Shown here in pieces: positions 53,785 through 64,000 of a DNA stretch of 64,000 nt; position 1 is the stretch's first letter, and every line of letters begins with the position of its first letter. A program made the position numbers and the translations under genes. Source of the DNA: Eledone cirrhosa (Eukaryota). The stretch covers positions 123,008,001 to 123,072,000 of the forward strand of contig OZ024741.1 in NCBI GenBank assembly GCA_964016885.1, in the 5' to 3' direction. Under the pieces are notes generated by a model, which did no database searches, was not told the DNA's origin, and saw only the letters and a program-made list of their open reading frames with translations.

Positions 53785-56700
53785 AATATATGAGTGTTTG
53801 AATTTCTTTTTTCTTAAAAAGGGGGCTCACGAAGGCTTTTTTTAACTGTAATTTGATTGGTTATAAATGAAATCATGGCTGTCACGTGAACAAGTTCATT
53901 AAATTTCGCGCCCGTATTTGGGAATTTAATTTGTAGCCTTTTAGAGAATTTTATGACAAATAAAAGATAATGGTCAAGAGAAATGGGATGGGAGAATTTT
54001 TCTGGTTCAGTGAATATGGTTGGTTTGCTGGGGTGTCAGAATTCAGATTTTCTATTGAAATAAAGAAAGTAAAGATATGTATGTTTATTTGTGTGCTTGT
54101 GTGTGTGTGTGTGTGTATAGGAATATGGTTCTATTAGTAGAAATGGGGGAGGGAGTTGTGTGTGTGTGTGTGTGGGAGTATGTTAAGATGGAGAGAATAT
54201 ATATATTTTGTATGTGTGTAGGAAAGTAGAAATCGCGGACAGAGTTGTGTGTGTATGTGGGGGGTGGGGGGGTGTTATATGTGTGTGGGAGTATGGTTAG
54301 CATGTTAAGATGAAGAGAATATATATTTTATGTGTGTGTGAGTGTGTAGGAAAATGATTCCGTTAGGAATATTTTTGAATGAACATATTTTCCTTACTTA
54401 TTTGTATTTGTTCTGTCAGCACAAACGTACGTTAAGGTTTATTTATTTCGGTTTTTATTTTCTAAAGTAGAAGGTGTTATGTGTGTGTGTGTGTGTCTGT
54501 TTGGATGGTTAGCATGTTATGGTGTTGACATAATGTATATTAAACCATATTTAATGCTGGTCTATATTTTTGAATAAACATATTTTCCTTATTCCTTCGT
54601 ATTTGTTCTGTTGTATTGTCAGCGCAAAGGTAAAATGGGAAGATTTGTAATTTGGGTGTCTTATTACTTGCGCATATGTCTAGATGTGCGCTTAGTGGTA
54701 TCTGTCTCGTGGTTGGATCTCGTAATTGTTGGCGATGAACTGTCATTCTGTTTCTAAGTGTGAGTTTAGTTTGTCCTATATAATCTTCATTGCATCCTTT
54801 ACATTTAATGGCATAAAGTAGATTTTTTGATGAGCAAGTGATGTGATTTTTACAGCAAAATTTTGTCCTGATTTAAATGTATACGTGTGGCCTTTAATGA
54901 GGTGAGTGCAGGTTCCACAATTAGAGCGACCATATTTTTTGACAGTTTGTTGTGGGTTTGTGCTAGGTAATTTGGCATTGGTGAGTAATGTTTTCAGTGA
55001 TTTCGGTTGTCTTTTGCTTTTGATTATTTTGTGTGTTTCAAGGGCGTTTTTCGTTCTTGGGTCTTGCTTCAGTAATGGGATGTTCTTGTGAATAGTGTTG
55101 TAAGCTTCCGCATTTCTTGGGTTGTGTGTTGAGATATATGATAAAATGTTGGACATACCTTGAATTTGTTTCTATTTTCGTAATTCATCAATGCCTATTG
55201 TTTTAACCCTTTCTATTCCATTATTTATTAGTAATGTTGGGTACTGTCTTTCGAGTAGAATTTCCTTTAATTCTTGACGTCTTTTATTTCGCGTTACATA
55301 ATTGTAGACAATTGTGCAAATTCTTCTTGCTAGGTTAAAAGGAATGTTCGTGTTCGTGTGTTTTGGATGGTTGGAGGTGAATAGCAGGTACTGCTGGGAA
55401 TCTGTTGGTTTGTAGTGTATGTCAGTTTCAATATTTGTGTCTTTTTTAAAGATTAAGATGTCCAGAAATGGGAGTTGATCTTGGCTGTATTCCATTGTGA
55501 ATTGGATGTGGTTATTGGGGCCATTTATTAAGTTTTTGAAATCATTCAGTTGGTCGAGTGTCTGGGACTAAAGAATGAGACAATCATCCAAGTAGCGTTT
55601 CCAATTATCTGATAAATATTTGTGGCAGTTCAATCCGTATTTTGATTTGGACTGTTCATATATCTAGACTTCTAAGTTAGCATAAGTTGAGGTGGCTTTT
55701 GTACCCATCGCAGTCCCTGATAGTTGCTTGTAAGTAGTGCCACCAAAATCAAAAAGGTTGTTCAGTAAGATAAATTTTAATCCCTCGGTGATGAAGCTTT
55801 TTTCTATTCTGCGAGGTATCTCATTGGGATATTTCTCTAGCCAGAATCCTATTGCTAAGAGGTCCAGATAGTCTCTTACAAGGCTTGGTATGTGTTTGAG
55901 AATAGGTTTTATTAGTATATCTATAAAGTTGCTCAGTCTGTGTGTTTCACATTGTGGGCCCGCTACAATTGGTCTTAATTTAATGTCTTTGGGGTACTGT
56001 GTGTTCACGCAGGCTGAGTTGGATTGTTTACAGGCATCGTTAATTATTTTACACTTGTTGATCTTCGGAAGTCCGAAAGGTTGCTGGTTTTGTATTCAAA
56101 ATGTGTTAAATAATCGCGTTCCTTTTTAGTTAGGTCTTCCTGGTATCGACAAATCAGTGTGTTTAATCTGGTCATTGTTTTTGATTGCTGGTAGTTTTTT
56201 ACTCTTTCATAGTAATTAGTATTTTGTAAGAGAGAGAACATAGAATTTTTATATTTTTCAGCATCCTTAATGACAACAGTACTGTCCTTGTCTGCTTCCT
56301 TAATTATAATGTCAGTATTGTTTTTTAGTTCATGGATAATCTCCCATTCCCTTCGACTCGTGTTGGGTTTGGGTTTAGGTTGCGGTAGTTCATGGTATAG
56401 GAAAGTAGCTATGTGGTCACAAAATGTGTCCAGAACTCTGTTTCTATCTTTTGTTGGGTTGTAGCAGCTTTTATTCCGTATAATTGATTGGTCATTATTC
56501 TCCTTGTCAAACAACTCCTCTGTGAAACGTAATTTTCTACAGAAGTGTGAGATATCGTCATTTATCTCATTGAGGTTAGAGTATTGTGGTGTTGGTGTGA
56601 ATTTCAGTCCTTTGGAGAGAATTTTTACTTGTTGGGCTGAGAGGTACGTATTTGAAAGGTTGATTATTTTTGGTTTTTCAAGATCGGTTTGTGCCACCGG

Positions 56701-57181
56701 GTGTCGTGGGTCCTGTAGCGTTGGTCTAAAAAATGATTTGTTGAGGTTCGGTTTGTTGATAGTCCGAGTTGTAGATTTTGTTTCTTTGTTCCTTTGTGTG
56801 GGTTGGCATGTACGATTTTGGAACAGGCTTTGTGTGGGCAGGTGTCTACGGTTTTGGAATAGGTTTTATGTGGGTTGTGATCTGCAGATCGGGTCCTGTC
56901 TTGTGTTGGGGGATCTTCGGCTTTTGTTAGTAGGGTTATAGTTTTGTCTATGGGTTCTTGGATTATCGTTATAGTTTTGCTGGGGGTATGTTGGAAGTTT
57001 TGTTACTTTTTTTTGTCATTTGTTGTGCATGTTTTGTTACTTAAAAAAAAAAAAATAAGACTCCAGTTACTTTTTTTTTAAATAAGACTCCAGTTGCATT
57101 TTCGATTTCATCTTTTTTTCTTTATACTTTCACTCGTGTAGGACACCTCGGTTATTTTTCATTTTGTAAAAAAACCCTCAC

Positions 57182-57188
<7 letters not shown>
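53785..57188 (-). mobile_element. Neptune-type Penelope-like element, copy 2 (longer 5' part, inverted pLTR end at 57070-57188, 3' terminus missing)
   Basis: 57070-57188 is the reverse complement of 46678-46785. 53785-55930 is homologous to 47030-49473. Confidence 0.88.
54540..56990 (-). pseudogene. PLE polyprotein (RT + CxxC linker + GIY-YIG), frameshifted, RT motif A deleted
   Basis: IINLS...LSKGLKFTPTP; IKEADKDSTVVI; LRPIVAGP; GTAMGTK; RYLDD; LPFLDI; YKPTD; YIGQT...RMTVHRQQ. About 95 bp present in copy 1 is missing at about 55857. Confidence 0.9.
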
Positions 57189-57245
<57 letters not shown>

Positions 57246-58381
57246 CAGTGTGTTTGTGCATCTGATGGAGGAGTATTTGTATTTGTTTAGGGATGAGTGG
57301 GGATTGTTTCAATTTCTATATTTCAATTCTTATGGCCTCTATTCCTGAGGACTTATGTTATAAATTTACCGTCTTTTTTATTGTAGGAATATGCTTTTCC
57401 TAATGGCATGGGCAGCTCTTTTTACTTCGTCAGCATTATGTGGCATCCATATCGGTATTTGTATTTTAAACTTGACTGTTAAACTCTCAAGTTACATATC
57501 AACGTGTTCCTGACGTATGAGTGTCGCTCTTGAGGCGGACACGTTACTGTATATTAATTCAAATTTCGCAGGAATGGAAATTATAAATAATGCTTCCGAA
57601 TTAATAATAACTGCTTATTGCTTGATGCAATACATATGACAACAAGAAAATAGGCAGAGAAGTTACAGGATCACCACTGCTGAAGATGCGAACGTGATGG
57701 TCTGGAAACGTTGACAAAATTATAGACAAGTGTAGTCTGGATGTCCTATTATTTTCTAATATAGAAATAGTACCTGTCAAAATTGAATACTTTTAGAGAA
57801 AAAAATAAATATATTTGATAATTACTTGTTTACACTATTAGATATAAATCTGCTTGAAACCGGAATAATCTGTGACTTTCTCCTGTTTGATACACCGGAT
57901 ATTGGCGTATTTCCTGTTACACTCATTTAAATCAATTACAAGGATTTTCTTCCATATGTTTTTTTTATTATCAAATATATATCACGTTAAAATTCATATG
58001 GCTTTGTTTATCTATGTATCTATTTATCTTTGGATTTCCATTCCATCGTGATTTCTGTCTCTTTTTTGTTATTGTGTTCTTGATAGAGAACAAAATAATT
58101 AGCTGGAGTGACAGACAGGCAGACAGCTACATAAGAGGATAGACACATAGACGGAGAGACGAACAAATAGATACACATAGAGACAAATAGATAGATAAAT
58201 AGATTTTAATATTATTTTTAGAAGACAGCGAGATACCTAAATACATAAGTATAGGCCATCACGTCTCTCTATGTCCATACACATGCATATACGCGTATGC
58301 ATACACACACACAAACACACACACACATATAAATATATTTACAGACACACACAATCACATATATATATATATATACATATA

Positions 58382-58506
58382 AATATATATATATATATAA
58401 AAGCGTGATAAACACAGATATATACATATATGTGTTCAAATCGTAAGGGACGACATTCAATTTGAACACATATATGTATATATCTGTGTTTATCTCTTTT
58501 TTATAT
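58382..58506. repeat. Fold-back inverted repeat
   Basis: gataaacacagatatatacatatatgtgttcaaat / atttgaacacatatatgtatatatctgtgtttatc, with an ~18-nt loop. Confidence 0.85.
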
Positions 58507-58578
58507 TCAATTATGATATACGGCTCGGAAAAATCTGTTTCCTAGTGCTATTTTATTGTAAGAGGCTATTTTGAGTTT

Positions 58579-58724
<146 letters not shown>

Positions 58725-59463
58725 CAGGAAGATATCTATAGATCACTTTTGTCATACATCTCCCCAAAAGGTGGATATATTTTCTCAACTCTGTGTGTGA
58801 CAGTGTGAGAAAATGATTACAGCCTATACATTCTCAAATTACGACTTTGCGAACAAACTAAAACAAAGTATTTGCCACCAGAACCTGTGTTTTATAATAA
58901 AAGCTACATATATTGACATTATATACATACACGCTCGCACACACAGAAATAAGAAATTAGACCTGTCACGGGATCATACAATGGAAATATAATCCTTCAA
59001 AAGTATATTTATACATGTGTGTGCCATATTGTCATATACAAATTGTGGATTATATGTAAATTTTGTCAATCTTATCCTATACTATATCATACGTTGTTGC
59101 AGGAAGGTGACATTTCTCAGGCGTTATCTCAATCGATATTATAATCTACTTATATGTGATTTCAGCTTTATCTTGCATTATGTCTAAACTATTTCTACTC
59201 TATATCACCCATCTAACTATTTGTCTTTCTCTTGTTATTATCGGGGCTTCTTATTAAACACTGCTGTAGATGTTTCCTTACAATCCCGCTTCACATTTGA
59301 ACTCATTCGTGAACTCTGTATAAAACACACAAACACATAGACACACAGACACACACATACACACACACACGCACATACACACATACACACACACACACAT
59401 ACTCACATACACACATACACACATACACACACACACAGGTACCCCGATATATATACCTTAGAT

Positions 59464-59668
59464 GTCTCATACTCATGCCGCTAAAAATAGCAGCCGGTTT
59501 TATGGGACTATTACACGGTTCGGAAAGATTCCCTTCCTTCAGCTATTTAATTGTAAAATACTATTTTGAGTTTCTAACTCAATATAAGATATTATCGGCT
59601 CCATACGTAGAGCTAACTTTAGTCCCATAAAACCGACTGCTATTTTTAGCGGCACGAATATGAGACGC
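59464..59668. mobile_element. MITE-like inverted-repeat element
   Basis: gtctcatactcatgccgctaaaaatagcagccggttttatgggacta is inverted at 59620-59667. The internal segment recurs at about 58520, 60005 and 60134. Confidence 0.6.
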
Positions 59669-60208
59669 GTTAGGCAATGTAACATGCGCGTTTACCAACA
59701 CATGGTTCAGTCTTCTTAAATCTTTTTGAAGTGAAAGGTACGAATTTCCTGGATACCCGCAGAAGAGCACAGGAATGGTGACTTTCACTTAATAATTGTT
59801 GCGAAACAGATTTAGATGTGTCCGGGTATCAAACGGCGATCGTCCAATATAGGTTTGTTATTTTTATTGATTTATTACTTTAAATCGAGACAGGCAAACC
59901 ATATTGTTTTAAATTAATATTTTTCAATCTAGCTAACTTGGTCATTTGCAATTCGAACACATGTATACTTGTATTGGGGTTCATCCCTCTCATATATTCA
60001 ATTGTATTACACGGCTCGGAAAGATTCCCCTGAGCTATTTAATTGTAAAAGACTATTTTGAGTTTCTAACTCAATATATGATCTATATATATATATATAT
60101 ATATATGAAAAAGACTTTCCTGATGACGGAATGATTCCCCTGAGCTATTTAATTGTAAAAGACTATTTTGAGTTTTTAACTCAATATATGATATATATAT
60201 ATGAAAAA

Positions 60209-60293
60209 GACTTTCCTGATGACGGAATGATTTTCTATAAGTTTCTTCGGAAAATATATTTACTCCATTCCAGAAACTAATTAGTTGGAAGTG
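60209..60293 (+). ncRNA. Type I hammerhead ribozyme
   Basis: actttc CTGATGA cggaatg...cattcca GAAA ctaattag TT ggaagt. Confidence 0.82.
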
Positions 60294-60733
60294 ATTTTTT
60301 AGTAAGTAAGTTAATTTTATAATTTTCTTATTTTACGTCTCTCATATTATTGTTCTGCAACCCCATGCATTGAACCACATTGTTAATAAGACAAAACCTA
60401 TATATTTGCTAGCATTGATATGCATCTGTGTGTATATAAATGTTACTAGATATAAATTCCTTATAATTATCTCCAATTCATTTGTCGAGCAATATTTGGC
60501 CATGACTGCTACTATGGTAGTAAGCTGGCCGCTGTCTTAATAACCACTCGCTTTCCACTGATTGACCTCGATGTCACGTGATTGATTCTTTTTGAATTTG
60601 CCACGGACGTAGAGGCAGTGATTTTCTCAATGGCTTGGAATCGAGTCCGCGCATCGCTATTTATATTCCACTGAATTATTTTTTTAATAAGTTTCCAGTG
60701 TCCTCGCTATGCCTGGAGACCTATACGGAAAAA

Positions 60734-60818
60734 TACTTTCCTGATGACGGAATGATTTTCTATATGTTTCTTCGGAAAATATATTTACTCCATTCCAGAA
60801 ACTAATTAGTTGGAAGTG
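60734..60818 (+). ncRNA. Type I hammerhead ribozyme
   Basis: Second monomer copy of 60209-60293. Confidence 0.82.
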
Positions 60819-61259
60819 ATTTTTTAGTAAGTAAGTTAATTTTATAATTTTCTTACTTTACGTCTCTCATATTATTGTTCTGCAACCCCATGCATTGAAC
60901 CACATTGTTAATAAGACAAAACCTATATATTTGCTAGCATTGATATGCATCTGTGTGTATATAAATGTTACTAGATATAAATTCCTTATAATTAACTCCA
61001 ATTCATTTGTCGAGCAATATTTGGCCATGACTGCTACTATGGTAGTAAGCTGGCCGCTGTCTTAATAACCACTCGCTTTCCACTGATTGACCTCGATGTC
61101 ACGTGATTGATTCTTTTTGAATTTGCCACGGACGTAGAGGCAGTGATTTTCTCAATGGCTTGGAATCGAGTCCACGCATCGCTATTTTCCATTCCACTGA
61201 ATTATTTTTTTAATAAGTTTCCAGTGTCCTCGCTATGCCTGGAGACCTATACGGAAAAA

Positions 61260-61344
61260 TACTTTCCTGATGACGGAATGATTTTCTATAAGTTTCTTCG
61301 GAAAATATATTTACTCCATTCCAGAAACTAATTAGTTGGAAGTG
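61260..61344 (+). ncRNA. Type I hammerhead ribozyme
   Basis: Third monomer copy of 60209-60293. Confidence 0.82.
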
Positions 61345-61509
61345 ATTTTTTAGTAAGTAAGTTAATTTTATAATTTTCTTATTTTACGTCTCTCATATTA
61401 TTGTTCTGCAACCCCATGCATTGAACCACATTGTTAATAAGACAAAACCTATATATTTGCTAGCATTGATATGCATCTGTGTGTATATAAATGTTACTAG
61501 ATATAAATT

Positions 61510-61577
<68 letters not shown>

Positions 61578-61684
61578 GTATATTTGCATACTACCACAAA
61601 TATGTATATATATTTTTCTTCCTAATAGTCGTCTTTTTCTCCCTATTTGCATATATAATTATATATATATATATATATACAATA

Positions 61685-62470
61685 TATAGATATATAGAGG
61701 GGAAAGACACAGAAGTGTGCGGTTTTTTTTACATGAATTTCAACCACCAGCGTGAAGACTATATACTATTCAATTTATGGTGCTCCACGGCAGAGAGAGC
61801 GCAAGGAGAAAATATCAAGTAAAGTTTAAAGTTTAAATTTAAGTTTAAGTTTAAAGTTTAAATATCAAATATCAGTTTAAAGTGCTCAGCAAAACTCTTT
61901 CCTTTGAGCTCATTTCATTACAGGATTATACGCGAGTCCTTTGCTCCGTTATTTTACTTGATATTTGCTTCTTGCGCTCTCTCTTCTGTTGAGCACCATA
62001 AATTGAATAGTATAGGCTGCCATCTCTAGCAGCTTGTTCTGTTCATGCCACCGGTTACTGCCTCGCGCACACATTTCCCTCATATCTACACGTGCGACAG
62101 GTAGTTTACTTTAGTTCTCTCTAGTAGTGCGGACAATATCGGCCTTCCACATACTGATGACCCTCAGGGCCGAATTGGAACCCACTTAAATAGCGAAACA
62201 TTCTCCTGGTGAGTTTGTATATGTGTGACCTAGATATGAGGTTGGTTTCTCATTTTAATTTATATTTTTAATTTTAATGTTTTTCCTATTCCTCTATTAG
62301 CTTATATTCTCCTCACGCTGGTGGTTTGAAATTCCTGTAAAGAAAAACACACTCTTCTGTGTCTTTCCCCTCTGTATATTGTATTTTAAAGTGCCCAGGA
62401 AAACTCTTTCCTTTGAGCTCATTTAATTACAGGATTATACGCGAGTCCTTTGCTCCGTTATTTTACTTGA

Positions 62471-62473
<3 letters not shown>
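61685..62473 (+). mobile_element. ~509-bp hammerhead monomer with ~87-bp terminal redundancy and a 5' inverted extension
   Basis: 61877-61963 is repeated at 62386-62472. 61690-61823 consists of reverse-complement pieces of 62312-62378 and 61952-62016. Confidence 0.75.
62148..62225 (+). ncRNA. Type I hammerhead ribozyme
   Basis: cacata CTGATGA ccctcaggg...tagc GAAA cattctcctggtgagtttg TA tatgtg; perfect 6-bp stem I, irregular stem II. Confidence 0.72.
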
Positions 62474-62554
<81 letters not shown>

Positions 62555-63939
62555 GTTTGTATATATATATATACACATATATATATATTTATATATATAT
62601 GTACATACAGACACAAACATGTATATATATATATGCGTGTGTGTATATATATATATATATGGGGGTGATAGGATATGATATTTAAATAGAGAAAGAAAAG
62701 TAATATAATAGCCTAGAAAAATTTAGTATCATCTAAGAAAAGAAAAGAAAAACTTATGTTTATATTTTCCATCAATTAAATAAAAAAAAAGTTGATGTTG
62801 AGAAAGACCAAAACATCGCTTAGATTATATAAAAAAGGGTGGTTGTATTTTAAGATTGATAGACCAAAACGATAGTTATATTTAATTTACTCTTAGCATG
62901 GTTGGGTATGCATTCACTGTTTAGAATATATCATACGCACTCCACCGAAGATGATTTATATTAACTGGCGGCCATATACTAATTTTGAACGTCGTTCTTG
63001 AATAATGTTTATTGATATTGTTATAAGATGGAGTTCGTATTTTTATTTTATGATGAGATGTATAGTTATTATTAGCCTGATTTTTTTAAGATTGTTTAAG
63101 ATAAGATTCACGTTCAGTTCGATTAGTTAACGAAAGAACCACGCCAGTCAAGAAATTGTTTCGCATCCTGAACATTCACAATTTACTCATCACGAATCAC
63201 CGAGGAATTCATATAGTGGTAGAAACATGATGGGTCCTGGTTATCGTAATCAACTTACTACTTACTGCGATCGGGGCGGTGGTGGCCATGCAAGAACACT
63301 ACGCGATTTCGACAATGGTTATTTATTCGATCAACTGAACGCCGGACACTTGAATTGATGTATAAACCACAGATACATTTTTATGCATACAATACAGGTT
63401 GTATGTATCAAATCAGAGGGTTCCTTTACGAAATGCGTATAAAATAGATGCTCATTTATAGTGGTTAACTAAAGAGTATTCAATAAAAAAATACTTTACC
63501 TTCTCACTACATATCTCAGTTGTTCCTATGGCAATGGGAACATTTGTTATCATGTGACCTGAATCACATAAACATATACTGCGATTAGGATGGATAGCCA
63601 TACGCAATTACAAGAGATGGACTTGCTCTAACAGCTCAAATCTCTTCCCATCCTCATGGATAACACGTACGCCATTTTATCCGCCAGGACCATGAATCTT
63701 AAAAGTAACGTTGATTAAATGATTAAACATTTTAGTCCATGCTGTAGTAAGGCACTTAGGAATATCGTTTTGGTCATGTGGTTATGTGGCATTTGGTTAC
63801 TAAAGACATTTAAGGTTTTGAATTGATTTCCTGTATGCGTGCGTCCTTGTTCGTGTTTGTGTGTGAATTTCTCCCTTGAGTATATATTTAGTGAAAAATC
63901 AACAGTACCGGTATAGGTGTGTGCGTTTTCATTTGAATT

Positions 63940-63995
63940 TACACTGTGGTTGAACCCAGAACCTATTGGTTCTGAAGTGAATTTCTTAACCATGC
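63940..63995 (-). mobile_element. tRNA-like SINE head remnant
   Basis: Minus strand tggttaagaaattcacttcagaaccaataggttctgggttcaaccacagtg, with A-box and B-box-like motifs. Confidence 0.45.
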
Positions 63996-64000
63996 TTCTA

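Larger units (their letters stand above)
60203..61516 (+). mobile_element. Head-to-tail array of ~525-bp monomers, one hammerhead per monomer (retrozyme-like)
   Basis: CTGATGA cores at 60216, 60741 and 61267; about 2.5 near-identical units bounded by (TA)n; an abortive 5' start at 60107-60135. Confidence 0.87.

Noticed and set aside
57675-57720. CTGAAGA...GAAACGTT hammerhead-like core (similar weak cases at about 18765, 28510 minus and 57395-57435 minus)
   Set aside because: Stem I and/or stem II cannot be paired convincingly.
61107-61331. 74-aa ORF within the 525-bp monomer
   Set aside because: Non-ATG start, and the frame is broken by a 1-bp indel in the preceding monomer.
63715-63993. 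ORF containing HTYTG and RTHTG, suggesting a C2H2 zinc-finger linker
   Set aside because: No CxxC/HxxxH spacing, and its start overlaps a SINE head remnant.

Overview
Eukaryotic, AT-rich DNA full of microsatellites ((TA)n, (CA)n, (GA)n). It is most likely intergenic or intronic sequence from a coleoid cephalopod (Octopus-like); this is inferred from the SINE family and the repeat landscape. No host protein-coding exon could be supported, and almost all ORF-track entries are microsatellite or antisense artefacts. Nearly everything recognisable is a mobile element: two fused Tx1/L1-clade LINEs (2.4-10.8 kb), a decayed autonomous Helitron (12.1-17.4 kb) plus three non-autonomous Helitrons, several Penelope-like elements (PLEs; Naiad-type and Neptune-type) with inverted pseudo-LTRs, MITEs and tRNA-derived SINEs. 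The most striking signal is not in the ORF track. About 15 intact type I hammerhead ribozyme (HHR) motifs plus several degenerate ones, from at least 10 unrelated sequence families, sit in small non-coding elements inserted in (TA)n tracts. Two are head-to-tail arrays with one HHR per monomer (about 429 bp x3 and about 525 bp x2.5). Two are single monomers with terminal redundancy (about 318 and about 509 bp). Several are perfect DNA palindromes carrying an HHR on each strand. This architecture matches non-LTR retrozymes, i.e. circular-RNA-forming parasites of PLE machinery. All folds were paired by eye and none was computed or tested.
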